DNA from: Myxococcales bacterium
GTDB taxonomy: Bacteria; Myxococcota_A; Polyangia; Polyangiales; Houyiibacteriaceae
Length of the DNA stretch: 64,000 bases
Reading direction: 5' to 3'
Assembly: GCA_029861865.1 (NCBI GenBank)
Contig: JAOTYL010000001.1
Span: forward strand, 132,066 to 196,065
The notes below the pieces were generated by a model. It searched no databases. It was given only the letters and a program-made list of their open reading frames with translations, and had not been told where the DNA came from. The first letter of the stretch is position 1, and each line of letters starts with the position of its first letter. Both the position numbers and the translations under genes were made by a program. Positions 53,168 to 63,038 of this stretch are shown here, in pieces.

Positions 53168-53698
53168 ATGCGGACGCTTGTCTTAGATCAAGGCTATCAA
53201 CCTCACCGAGTCATCACGTGGCAGCGCGCTGTCTGCATGATCTTCGACGGCAAGGTCGAGGTGGTCGAAGAATACGACGAAGACGTCCGTTCGGTCAGCA
53301 TCACCATCAAAATGCCCGCAGTCGTGCGACTGCTTCGCGCACTCGTTGGCCGCAAGCGCGCTATCAAGTTCTCGCGCATCAACGTGGCGATGCGCGACGA
53401 CTTTCGTTGTCAGTATTGCGGTGATCGTCATCGTCTCCGCGGCTTGACCTACGATCACGTCATTCCGAAGTCCCAGGGTGGCAAAACCAACTGGGAGAAC
53501 ATCGTCATGGCCTGCTACCGATGCAACGAAAAGAAGGGCAGCCGGGCACCTGAGCAGATCGGCTTGCGGCTCCGCCGATCTCCCGTGAAGCCCAAGTGGC
53601 TGCCGATGGTTGCTTTCCGCTTCGACCCCGCCAGCTCCATCCCTGAAGCGTGGGCAAACTGGGTGTACTGGCATGGTCGCCTCGAGAGCGATCCTTAG
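53168..53698 (+). CDS. HNH endonuclease (stand-alone, 176 aa)
   Basis: CQYCG...YDHVIPKSQGGKTNWENIVMACYRCNEKKG. Confidence 0.8.
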   Translation: MRTLVLDQGYQPHRVITWQRAVCMIFDGKVEVVEEYDEDVRSVSITIKMPAVVRLLRALVGRKRAIKFSRINVAMRDDFRCQYCGDRHRLRGLTYDHVIPKSQGGKTNWENIVMACYRCNEKKGSRAPEQIGLRLRRSPVKPKWLPMVAFRFDPASSIPEAWANWVYWHGRLESDP

Positions 53699-53714
53699 CA
53701 AGCCATCGGTCGGC

Positions 53715-54467
53715 TCAACTCGCCCGAAGCACGCGCCGCATCCGCTCGCCGATGAACTCGCGAACGATTGGATCTTGAGAGTCGAGGAAGCTCTTAGGGA
53801 CGCCAGTGGCCGCGACCTTGCCGTCGTGAATGAGGGCGAGCCTGTCGCTGATCGCGAAGGCAGCCTTGAGATTGTGGGTCACGACTACCGAAGTCACGTT
53901 GAGGCTCTTTTGCAAACCCAAAAGCAACCGGTTCACCCGGGTCACGTTGATCGGATCCAGCCCCTCGGCAGGCTCATCGTAGAATACGATCTCAGGCCGC
54001 ACGGCAACTGCTCGTGCCAAAGCGACCCGCTTGCGCATGCCACCGGAAAGGTCGGCGGGCCACATCGCTTCGATCCCTGGGAGGCCCACTAAGGTCAAGG
54101 TCTCGTCAACGCGCTTCGCGATCTCTTCGTCCGTCATGTCGGTCTGCTCTCGAAGCGCGTACGCGACATTTTCGTAGACATTGAGCGAATCGAACAGGGC
54201 GGACTCCTGAAACAGCATGCCGATACGCCGCCGGATCCGCATCCATTCTTTTTCCGATGCGCCAGACACCACCTTGTCGTCAAATCGAATCGTGCCCGCG
54301 TCGATCTCGATTAGCCCCATCAGGGCTTTCAACAATATGCTCTTCCCCGACCCAGATTCACCGATGATGGTGACCACCTCTCGCTCGAAGATGTCGAAAT
54401 CCAGTTCGTCGAGCACTACCTGACGAGCGAAGGCTTTCCGTACGCCGCGTACTTCGAACAGGGCCAT
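53715..54467 (-). CDS. ABC transporter ATP-binding protein (MlaF-like)
   Basis: Walker A GESGSGKS, signature LSGGMRKRVALARA, Walker B IVFYDEP. The 250-aa single-domain size is typical of MlaF/TtgA-type ATPases. Confidence 0.8.
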   Translation of the reverse strand: MALFEVRGVRKAFARQVVLDELDFDIFEREVVTIIGESGSGKSILLKALMGLIEIDAGTIRFDDKVVSGASEKEWMRIRRRIGMLFQESALFDSLNVYENVAYALREQTDMTDEEIAKRVDETLTLVGLPGIEAMWPADLSGGMRKRVALARAVAVRPEIVFYDEPAEGLDPINVTRVNRLLLGLQKSLNVTSVVVTHNLKAAFAISDRLALIHDGKVAATGVPKSFLDSQDPIVREFIGERMRRVLRAS

Positions 54468-54479
54468 GAGTCGGGCCGC

Positions 54480-54821
54480 TCAGCTTTCCTTCGACGCCCA
54501 GGAGTTGCAATACCCGCCGGGATTGATGGGGCCTTGGACCAAGGTACAGGCTCCACACTCGTTCTTTGGAGCAACTCTGTAGAACTGACAGTTTACGCAG
54601 TTCTTGGCCTCGCCGTGGGGCGAGCGGTCTTGATACTCGAGGGCGGTCCGCAGTTGCTGAGCTGCCGTATTGAGCCCGCTAGTGTCCTTGCAGTTCAGCT
54701 CTTCTTTCGAGCAGCTGGAGAGTAGAGCAGGTGCGGACGCGATGATCGCGAGGTGCGCCCCCCCTCGAAGCAGATTGAGCAACTCGCGCCTCGATAGTGT
54801 CGTCTTCTTCTTCATGATCAT
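54480..54821 (-). CDS. high-potential iron-sulfur protein (Tat signal plus lipobox)
   Basis: SRRELL twin-arginine motif, LLSSC lipobox, and the four-Cys pattern CVNCQFY...CGACTLV...GYCNSW. Confidence 0.8.
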   Translation of the reverse strand: MIMKKKTTLSRRELLNLLRGGAHLAIIASAPALLSSCSKEELNCKDTSGLNTAAQQLRTALEYQDRSPHGEAKNCVNCQFYRVAPKNECGACTLVQGPINPGGYCNSWASKES

Positions 54822-54920
54822 TCCAGTGCGTGGGCTTCAGGCGCCCTTATACTACAAGCTGCCTCGAACTCCACGGAACCCCGCAAAGCACTGTCGCCCC
54901 TGCGCTTGGCTGGCACGCCG

Positions 54921-56240
54921 TCAGCGTACGGCACCCATCATTTCGAGAAACTCTTCGCTTTCCACGAGGCCGGTGATGCGCGAAGCCTCGGAGCCGTCAC
55001 TGTTGTGTAGCACCACGAACGGAAGCCCGGGTTGCTCGTAGGACTTGAGCAATGCCCATTTTTCATCGGTCGCCTTGTCGGCGCTCAGATCGACCCGAAC
55101 CGTTACGAATCTCTGCGCCTCGGCCACGACTCGTGGGTCGCTTAGCAGGTCTTGTTCGATCTCGAGACATGCGCCGCACCAATCGGCACCGAAGTCGACG
55201 AGCATCGGACGTTGCTCGGCGAGTGCAGTTTGTTTGCCGGTCCCGTAGTCCTCTACCCATGCGATGTGACTGCCCGAGGGCAGCGCTTCAGCCCATCCGA
55301 CGATCCCCAACAGACCGGCGACGCACGCGGCAACGCCCAGGCCTTTGCGGATTCGCGCGCCCCATGCGCCGCCTTGGAAAGACAGGTGAATGGCTCCGGC
55401 AGCGATTCCCCCGACGAGTAGTCCGAGCGCAACCGCGAGCCACATGCCGTCGCGAACCACCGGTCGCGGGTATGGGAGAACACTGCGTACGTAGTAAAGT
55501 GCAAGGGCGAGCATCGCGATCCCAAAAACGCTCTTGGTCCATTCCACCCACCGGCCCGACTTCGGAAGAGTGATCGCAAAGGTGCCGACGAACCAAAAGA
55601 GAACACCAATGCCAATGGAGTAGGTGAATAGCGCGAGCGCGCCGAACCCGATGTGACCCGTCGCGGCGACCCACGTGAGAAGCACCGCGAGCACAGGACC
55701 TGTGCAAGGCGCAGCGATCAACCCGTTGACGAACCCGAGCACGAACGCTCCGCGGACCCCAAACCCGCCCGCTTGCGCGAGACGGTTCTGCAATCCCGCG
55801 GGCAGCGCCACATCGAAAAGGCCGAACATGCTGAAAGCCATCAGCGCGAAGAGCGCGGCAAGTGCACCGACTACCCAAGGGCTTGCGAGCGCACTTCCGA
55901 ATGCGCTTCCAGTCAGCGCGGAGATCACGCCAAGGGGAGTGAACAGCGCTGCAATACCTAGCACGAAGGACGTGGACAAAACCGCCGCTCTTGCGCGGCT
56001 GTTCGCCTGCCGGGCTCCGAAGACGCTTACCGTGATCGCGATCATCGGGTAAACGCACGGGGTCAGTGACGTCGCCAGTCCTGCTACGAAGATCAGTCCC
56101 AAGGCCCCCACGTAGCTCCCGCCTTGGAGGGCATCGGCGAAGGGAGCCGTCAGCTCCGAAAGGGTATCGGCGGACGCTCGCAGTCCGGGTGCGAAACCCG
56201 CGACGAACGCCGCGGTGCCTACCCACGCAGTCCTACGCAT
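54921..56240 (-). CDS. DsbD/CcdA-type thiol:disulfide interchange membrane protein with C-terminal thioredoxin domain
   Basis: TM cysteines LTPCVYPMI and IAAPCTGP. C-terminal FGADWCGACLE. ATG 56240 gives a signal-like N-terminus, whereas the track start 56336 overlaps the divergent gene. No DsbD alpha domain is evident. Confidence 0.8.
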   Translation of the reverse strand: MRRTAWVGTAAFVAGFAPGLRASADTLSELTAPFADALQGGSYVGALGLIFVAGLATSLTPCVYPMIAITVSVFGARQANSRARAAVLSTSFVLGIAALFTPLGVISALTGSAFGSALASPWVVGALAALFALMAFSMFGLFDVALPAGLQNRLAQAGGFGVRGAFVLGFVNGLIAAPCTGPVLAVLLTWVAATGHIGFGALALFTYSIGIGVLFWFVGTFAITLPKSGRWVEWTKSVFGIAMLALALYYVRSVLPYPRPVVRDGMWLAVALGLLVGGIAAGAIHLSFQGGAWGARIRKGLGVAACVAGLLGIVGWAEALPSGSHIAWVEDYGTGKQTALAEQRPMLVDFGADWCGACLEIEQDLLSDPRVVAEAQRFVTVRVDLSADKATDEKWALLKSYEQPGLPFVVLHNSDGSEASRITGLVESEEFLEMMGAVR

Positions 56241-56274
56241 GGCCCCAATATGGTGCTCGTTTGGTTGACCGTCC

Positions 56275-56865
56275 ATGAACCGGGGACGTAGCCTCTCGCT
56301 GGGAAGCACTTTGCCGCTACTTTTTTTGCTGTTCATCGCTTTCGCGACCGGGGCCCTTGCCGCCCATGCAGGTCGTGAGGAAGTCCGTCATAGCGCCGAC
56401 CCAATGTGGCGGATGGAGGCGTTCTTGGCATATGCGCTCTTCGTTGGATTCCTTCTCATCCCAACAGCTTTCTACTTCTACGTATTTCACGGCGATTGGT
56501 TTCTCTTCTACGGAGTCGACACCGGTCGCGCCCCCTGGGCGTGGGGCATTCTGGTGTTGGCCGCTATAGCAGGCGTAGCAGCGCTCGGCTTCGGCGTCAG
56601 CGCCGCTTTGTGTCGCGTCGACCGGGAGGTTTCGGTTCGCCGCATTGCGGGTGCGACGCTCTTCGTAGCGGTCGGGGTTTGGCCGCTGGCTTGGGGGCGG
56701 CTGTCGCTCGTCGGCTCGTACCGAGAGTTCACTCGGGACTACGGTCTGACCGGCTACTTCTCTAGCGCGGCGTTCTATGCAGGCCTCGTGATGTTGATCC
56801 TGATGAGCGCCTCGTTCATCTGGGTCGTCTATCGCATCGACGATCACACGCACGGCGGGACGTAG
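56275..56865 (+). CDS. hypothetical integral membrane protein
   Basis: 196 aa with about 5 hydrophobic helices. No family recognised. Confidence 0.45.
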   Translation: MNRGRSLSLGSTLPLLFLLFIAFATGALAAHAGREEVRHSADPMWRMEAFLAYALFVGFLLIPTAFYFYVFHGDWFLFYGVDTGRAPWAWGILVLAAIAGVAALGFGVSAALCRVDREVSVRRIAGATLFVAVGVWPLAWGRLSLVGSYREFTRDYGLTGYFSSAAFYAGLVMLILMSASFIWVVYRIDDHTHGGT

Positions 56866-56874
56866 CGACGCCCA

Positions 56875-59800
56875 CTAGGGTTGGGTGATCAACCCCATGT
56901 GCTCCCGTAGATGCATCGCGGCAGCCGATGCCCAAAAGCTCAACGCCTCTCGGTAGACAGGGTGGTCATCGAGGGCCGTGTCCTCGGCCCCGCGTTCGGG
57001 CGCAATCCGACTTCGAATGTCTTGGACGAGCGGCTCGAGCTCGTCACAGAGCAGCAGAGCCACTCTCGTCGCCGTCCGTTCTGCCGCCTTGACCCAGCGC
57101 TCGAACTTGACGCGCCGGGCTCCCGCGTACGCGAGCGCCGTTTCGCGCACACGCCTACGATCGCGTCTAGGGATCGCCCGCTGTAGGCGACGCGTTTGCT
57201 CGTTGAGAAACTCCTCGCTCGTCAACCCGGTCCCGAAGTCAGGTTTCACGGTGCGCGCAGCCGAAGCGAGAAGAACGTCCAGCTCCCGCGGGGTGAGCTT
57301 CTCGATTGCATGGTAGCCGCGGGCGATTTGTGTGAGAGGCCGGGACAAGAGGAACGTTTGGGTACTCGGGCTCTTCTCCATGATGGTCGCTGGTACTAGA
57401 AGCGCTGGTTGGGCACCAAACTCGACGGTGATGCCGCGATTGCGAACGCGGTGGAGGAACAGATCGAAACCTCGAACATCCAACGTAGCCGCAACCCGGT
57501 TGGCGATGTCGCGCAATGGATGGTTGGCCTCGGTCGCAAGGCGATCGCGGGTGGCGAGACCGTAGCTTTCGAGCTCCGGAGGATAGAGCTTGGCGAGCGC
57601 GGGGGTTAGTGCGGCTAGCAAGGCGCCGGCCGCCTCGTCTTCCGCGCGCGGCGTGCCGAGCTGGTCCAGAACTTGTCCTCGGAGCGATCTCGGACGTGCG
57701 CGGGCCGCAGCTGCCGGGGCCCCAGCGATGCGTCGTCGATCCTCTTCATCGTCGACCCCGAGCAAGCGCAGTGGCAACGTGGCGATCCGAGCTTCTTGTG
57801 CGCGCCCTTGGGACTCGTACGTGAGCGCGAGCTCCCTCCAAATGTCTTCCCGCAGGGGATCGGTGGTCAACACCTCTTGCAGATGTCCGACCGCCCCGGT
57901 GCTGTCCCCACGTTTTCGAAGTCTCACCGCAAGTTCTCGCTGTAGGTCTGCGCTCGAGATGCCCTCCTCGAGCGCCGATGAGAGCGTCCTGATCGCGGCC
58001 GCCTCGTCGCCGCAGTGGTCGGACAGGATGCGCGCGATCTCGAGCACCGTCGCCACACGGTCGGGCTCGTCACCCGCCTCATAGCGACCAAGCGCATCTG
58101 CGTAGCCCCTCCAGTCCTCGATCGTAATGCAAAGCGGCTCGAGTTGAAGCGCGGCTTGACTGCCTGTGCCGGCGAGCTCGATCGCACTCTGGAGCGCTTC
58201 ACGCGCGCCTGCCGCGTTACCAGTCGCGTTTTCCAGTTGGCCGAGGCGCACCAGGGCCTCCGCGTGATCGGCCTGACCTTCGTTGACCTCCAGCAGGTGG
58301 CGCGTCACTTGCAGCGCCTCGGGGATCTGTCCAAGCTGCTCGTGCACCAGCGAAAGCTCCTGCAGGGCAACGGGGTGAGCGGGATCGGAAGCGAGCACCG
58401 AGTCGACGTGTCGGAATGCTTTTTCGGGCATGCCCAGCCGCTCACGGTAGAGTTGGGCAAGCTCGAGTTGAACGCGTTGGAGTTGGTCGGTCTCTGGGGC
58501 TGCTGCCAGGAGCTGCTCCATGGTAGCGGCCGCCTCGTGCCAGGACTCGTTCGACCGGAAGAGATGAGACAATCGTTCGAGCGCGTCCAAGTGGCGCGGC
58601 TCGACCTTGAGTACCCGCTGGAGCGTGCGGATTGCCCCCGCGACTTCTCCGAGATCTCGGCTTTGAATTCGAGACACTTCTAGCCATAGGGCGCTGGTGC
58701 GATCGACCGAGCCAGCGCTCGAAGCGGCCTGCGACAAACGGTCGACCAATGCGGACCAGTTTCCGTCGACAGCGAGGACATCGATCAAACCCTCGGCCGC
58801 ACGCTTCGAGTCGGGCCACAGCTCTAGCGCTCGCTCGAAATCATTGCGTGCGCCATCATGATCCCCTGTTCGTTCGAGGCGAACGACTGCACTTTGAACG
58901 TACAAGTCCGAAGCCGCCTCGTTGTCTCGTTCGGACGCGGCCTCGCGCCGGAGCGCGTCGACCAGAGCACTAGGGTCATCGGTTTCGTGAGCGACGCGGG
59001 TCAGCCCACGCGCAGCACCGATGTGATGCGGGTCCGCAATCGCCGCAGCACGAAACTGCTCGATCGCCTCGGCAAGGGCGGAGCCTTCCGCGCGCTCGGC
59101 GAGGCGCGCGCGATGAGCCGCGAGCACCGCCGGGTCTTGTGCCGACTCGGCAAACGAAGAATCGACTTCGGCGAGAAGCTCCAAGTCTTGAGAGTCGGCG
59201 GCAAGCCTCTCGAGCTCCAAGAGAGCACCCAAGTCCGATGGCGCCGCGTCCAGCACCCGGCGATAGGCGTCGACGATGGCGCCACGCTCACCGAGCCCCT
59301 GATGCTCGAGTAGCCTCGCCAGCTCATACAGCGCAGCCACGCGAGCCGAGGGCTCCTTGAGCACTTCGGCTTGCATGGAATATACCCCGCACAGCGATTC
59401 CCACGCCCCTACTTGCCGATAGAGCTGTTCGAGCGCCAGCAGGGCGCCGAGATGCCGATCGTCGATGGAGAGAACCTGCTCCCATGCCTGAATCGCCGGC
59501 CGATGTTTGTCTTGGCGCTCGAGCACCTGTGCTTTGCGAGCCTGTAAAGCGATGCGTTGACCGGGGTCTTCCGTCAGTTTGAGCTCACGATCGAGGTCCG
59601 AAAGGAGGTGCGTCCAGTCGTGTTCCTCGGCCCGAACGCGAGCCAACGCGTCTACCGCTGGCCGATAACTCGAATCGGCCGAGACGGCGGCTTCATAGGA
59701 GGTCACGGCCTTGGTGCGATCATCGAGATGTTCTTCGTAGGCCTGGCCAAGCAGAAACGCCGCGCGCGCACGGACTCGCGACGCGCTCGAGTTGCGGAGC

Positions 59801-61950
59801 TGCAGCTCGAGGACGTCGACCAACTCTTCCCACGCGCCTCGCTCTCTTAGTTGACGCGCAAGCTCCTGTAGGGAAGGGACATGTCCGGGATCCACTTTGA
59901 TCGCCTCGCGGTGGTATCGAAGAGCGTCTTCGTTGCTTCCCAGTCTGTCACGTGAAATCTCGGCCATCTTCTCGAGGAGGGCCACCCGTCGGTTCTTCGC
60001 AGAGGTGAGCCGCAGCTCCTGCCCGTACACATCGAGCAAGTCGTTCCAACGACCCGCTGCGTAGTAGAGGCGTCCGAGGCTCGACAGAGTTGGAATGTGT
60101 CTTGGATCTTTCTCGAGTGCGCGTCGATATCGAGCGATTGCCTCGTCGCGGTCATCGAGCTGCTCCTCCAGCACCTCACCGGCTCGGTGCAAGAGGCCGA
60201 CCAGTCGGTCGCGTTCCACCGTCAGATTGATCTCGTAGTCGAGGGCTTCGAGTAGCTCACGGGGACGCTGTGCTCTCGCTGCCGAGCGCTGCCATGCGTG
60301 GACGGCCGCGAGGTGGCTCGAATCCTGGTGCAATACCCGCTTGTAAGTTTGTGCGGCGAGCGCGTGCTCGGCGAGAACGTCCTCGTAGATCTGCGCGATC
60401 TTCAGCAGGTACGACACGGCGCGCGAGCCCGTCGCACGGTCGAGCGCATTCTCGTATAGCTGAACCAATTCTTTTGGACGATGGACATCCGACAGTAGTC
60501 GCGCGAGCGCCTTGAATGCAGTCGCGTGGTCAGGCATGGCGTTCAGAGCGCGATGGTAGTGCTCGACTGCCTCATCGATTCCATTGAGCTTAGTCTCGAA
60601 GATCTCGGCCGCCCGCGCATGGGCATCGGCCCTGCGTTGAGCATCCGTGGTGTACCGCGCTTCCCGAAGGCACATTTCGATGAGCTTGGGCCATGTACCC
60701 CGCACCCGATACAGCAAGCTCAACGCCTGTAGGCTCGAAAGAGATGTCGGATGGAGCTCCACGGCTCGCTCGTGCCAGGCGATCGCCTGATCGACGTCTC
60801 GAAGCTCCTCCTCGTAGAGGCGGGCGATGCGTTGCGTGAAGGTCAGTCGCTCCGCATCGTCATCCGTAGCCTGGGTGAGCGCTTCGAGCGTCTCCACCAG
60901 CGCTTGGAGTCGATGACCAGCCTCGTAGTGGCGCGCCAGCTCCGCGAGGATGAGCGGGTCGTCTTGCCGCAACCGCCGCGCCTGCTCCAACACCCGAATC
61001 GCCTCGTCACGGTTGCCGAGGTGCTCTGCATGAATTCGTGCCGCCCGGTATAAAGAAGACGCCTGATTCGAAGGCTCGACTGCCAGTCTTGCTTCTGCTT
61101 CGAGCGTGCGGATCAAATCACGCCATCGCCGTTGGCCGTAGTAAAGTCGTTTGAGCGCCTGAACCGCGATGGTTGCATTGGGGTCGAGCTGAAGCGCCGT
61201 TTCGTAGAGCTCGGCAGCCTGCTCGGGGCGCTGCTGGCGACTCTCGAGGAGTTGGGCGCGACGAATGATCAGGGCCGCGCGATGGTTGTCGTCCGAGGCA
61301 GCTGCATTGGCGAGCTCCGCAAGATTCCGATCGACGTCTTCCCAACTTTGCTTCGCGAACGCTCGTTGCTCAGTGGCGTGCAAGATGGCCGCATGCGTGC
61401 GGTCGAGCGCTCGGGCGGTCTGATAAGCCTCCTCGGCGGCCTCACGATTGCCAAGCACGTCTTCGAGCAGGCGCCCCTTCAACAAGAAGAGGGTCGCTTT
61501 GTCGCGCGGTTGACGCGTGACCCGTGCCTCTGCATCGAACAAGGCAAGGGCATCGGGGAACATCCTGGCGCCGAGCAGCAGTCGGCGCGTGGCGCGGATC
61601 GTCGGGACGTAGTCAGGAGCCCGCTCGAGCGCGGCTTGATAGTACTGCAACGCGCGTCGCGTGTCCTTGAGAGGGCTTTCGCAAATTCTCGCCATTTCGA
61701 AATAGAGCCGCGCGGCACGCCTGACGTCGGGCTGGTCCCGGAGCTCTCGCTCGCACTCGTCGACCCACTCTCGCGCGCGCCGCATTTGGTCACCGGGCGT
61801 TCGCGGCGGCGCCTTCGGCCGGCCATCCTCGACCAGAGACGGGGGAATCGGAGGCCTTGCGCTGTCCGGCTCTTCGACGAGATCGTCTTGCCCGAGCTCC
61901 TGCGTCAACTCCTGACGCAGAGCGGTGATATCCCCGTCCTCCAGACCCAT
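56875..61950 (-). CDS. giant tetratricopeptide-repeat protein (1691 aa) with non-TPR C-terminal module
   Basis: Dozens of 34-residue A/L/Y-rich repeats (…AIxxYxxALxxDPxH…) across about 1350 residues. The last roughly 300 residues are not TPR-like. Confidence 0.85.
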   Translation of the reverse strand: MGLEDGDITALRQELTQELGQDDLVEEPDSARPPIPPSLVEDGRPKAPPRTPGDQMRRAREWVDECERELRDQPDVRRAARLYFEMARICESPLKDTRRALQYYQAALERAPDYVPTIRATRRLLLGARMFPDALALFDAEARVTRQPRDKATLFLLKGRLLEDVLGNREAAEEAYQTARALDRTHAAILHATEQRAFAKQSWEDVDRNLAELANAAASDDNHRAALIIRRAQLLESRQQRPEQAAELYETALQLDPNATIAVQALKRLYYGQRRWRDLIRTLEAEARLAVEPSNQASSLYRAARIHAEHLGNRDEAIRVLEQARRLRQDDPLILAELARHYEAGHRLQALVETLEALTQATDDDAERLTFTQRIARLYEEELRDVDQAIAWHERAVELHPTSLSSLQALSLLYRVRGTWPKLIEMCLREARYTTDAQRRADAHARAAEIFETKLNGIDEAVEHYHRALNAMPDHATAFKALARLLSDVHRPKELVQLYENALDRATGSRAVSYLLKIAQIYEDVLAEHALAAQTYKRVLHQDSSHLAAVHAWQRSAARAQRPRELLEALDYEINLTVERDRLVGLLHRAGEVLEEQLDDRDEAIARYRRALEKDPRHIPTLSSLGRLYYAAGRWNDLLDVYGQELRLTSAKNRRVALLEKMAEISRDRLGSNEDALRYHREAIKVDPGHVPSLQELARQLRERGAWEELVDVLELQLRNSSASRVRARAAFLLGQAYEEHLDDRTKAVTSYEAAVSADSSYRPAVDALARVRAEEHDWTHLLSDLDRELKLTEDPGQRIALQARKAQVLERQDKHRPAIQAWEQVLSIDDRHLGALLALEQLYRQVGAWESLCGVYSMQAEVLKEPSARVAALYELARLLEHQGLGERGAIVDAYRRVLDAAPSDLGALLELERLAADSQDLELLAEVDSSFAESAQDPAVLAAHRARLAERAEGSALAEAIEQFRAAAIADPHHIGAARGLTRVAHETDDPSALVDALRREAASERDNEAASDLYVQSAVVRLERTGDHDGARNDFERALELWPDSKRAAEGLIDVLAVDGNWSALVDRLSQAASSAGSVDRTSALWLEVSRIQSRDLGEVAGAIRTLQRVLKVEPRHLDALERLSHLFRSNESWHEAAATMEQLLAAAPETDQLQRVQLELAQLYRERLGMPEKAFRHVDSVLASDPAHPVALQELSLVHEQLGQIPEALQVTRHLLEVNEGQADHAEALVRLGQLENATGNAAGAREALQSAIELAGTGSQAALQLEPLCITIEDWRGYADALGRYEAGDEPDRVATVLEIARILSDHCGDEAAAIRTLSSALEEGISSADLQRELAVRLRKRGDSTGAVGHLQEVLTTDPLREDIWRELALTYESQGRAQEARIATLPLRLLGVDDEEDRRRIAGAPAAAARARPRSLRGQVLDQLGTPRAEDEAAGALLAALTPALAKLYPPELESYGLATRDRLATEANHPLRDIANRVAATLDVRGFDLFLHRVRNRGITVEFGAQPALLVPATIMEKSPSTQTFLLSRPLTQIARGYHAIEKLTPRELDVLLASAARTVKPDFGTGLTSEEFLNEQTRRLQRAIPRRDRRRVRETALAYAGARRVKFERWVKAAERTATRVALLLCDELEPLVQDIRSRIAPERGAEDTALDDHPVYREALSFWASAAAMHLREHMGLITQP

Positions 61951-62035
61951 CGTAGCCTACATGCTACCGCGCCTCCGTCGAGAACGCATCGGCCGCAGAA
62001 AGGTAGGTCATTGTCCTACACGTTGGACGTGGGTG

Positions 62036-62872
62036 TCAGGCCGCTGGTGCGAGGTCCTGGAGCTCGTCGCGAAGCTTCTTCTTCGCCCGTGCCTCCAGTT
62101 GGCGGGCCCGCTCCCGGCTTACACCGAGCTCGCGCCCCAACGCCGCTAACGAAGCCGAGTCGTCACTCAAGATGCGCTTTTCGACGATCAGCCGTTCACG
62201 CTCGTCCAACACCGCAAGGGCGCCCTCGAGGCGAGTGCGAATCCCGCTCTGGCGCCGTTGCCTTTCGAGGACCACGTCCTGCCGCTCTTCTGCTCCCGGC
62301 AAGATCTCGACGAGCGTGGAGTCAGAGTCGTGATAGGCGGGCGCGTCGAGCGAAATCTCGCGTTGGTCGAGTCGCCGAAGCAGCTCGGCCATCTTCTTAG
62401 GGGTCGTTTCGAACTCGGATGCCAGTTGTTCGATCAGCTCGTCTGGATCGGCGATCAGGTTGGATAGGCGCGCCCTCTCGCGGCGGAGCCGGAAAAAGAG
62501 CTTCGAGCGAAACGGGCCGGAGCCTGCGCCGATCATCGTGCTCGATCGAACGACCGCTTCGAGAACGAAAGCGCGAATCCAGTAACCGGCGTAGGTTACG
62601 AATCGAGTGCCTCGATGAGGATCAAACTTGCGTACGGCGGTTACCAGCCCAACGCTACCTTCGGCGATCAGGTCGCCGAGCTTCACACCGTACCGACGGT
62701 ATTGCAGCGCGATGGCGATCACGTACCGAAGATTCGCTTCGACTAGCTTATCGGCGGCCTCTTGGTCGCCGTCGATCGCACGCACCGCAAGCACATGCTC
62801 GTCTTCGCGGGACAGCTTGGGGATGGCCCGAACCTGTTGGATGTATCGATCGAGTGAGGCGGAGGACTGCAT
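62036..62872 (-). CDS. rpoH: RpoH-type (sigma-32 family) RNA polymerase sigma factor
   Basis: Region 2 (DLIAEGSVGLVTAVRKFDPHRGTRFVTYAGYWIRA), RpoH-box-like FRSKLFFRLRRERARL, and region 4.2 (LGRELGVSRERARQLEARA). Confidence 0.8.
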   Translation of the reverse strand: MQSSASLDRYIQQVRAIPKLSREDEHVLAVRAIDGDQEAADKLVEANLRYVIAIALQYRRYGVKLGDLIAEGSVGLVTAVRKFDPHRGTRFVTYAGYWIRAFVLEAVVRSSTMIGAGSGPFRSKLFFRLRRERARLSNLIADPDELIEQLASEFETTPKKMAELLRRLDQREISLDAPAYHDSDSTLVEILPGAEERQDVVLERQRRQSGIRTRLEGALAVLDERERLIVEKRILSDDSASLAALGRELGVSRERARQLEARAKKKLRDELQDLAPAA

Positions 62873-63038
62873 GGTCTTTACTCATATGATGCTGGTGACG
62901 TAACGTTACCCGCAAACCTCCAACACCATATTTGTCTAACTACCGTCTAGGTTTCTTATAAGCTACTTTCGACGAAGATGCAACAGCCGGAGGGCCGTAT
63001 GCCAGAGAAAGCCACATCACGCTGAAATCATTGGAGAT

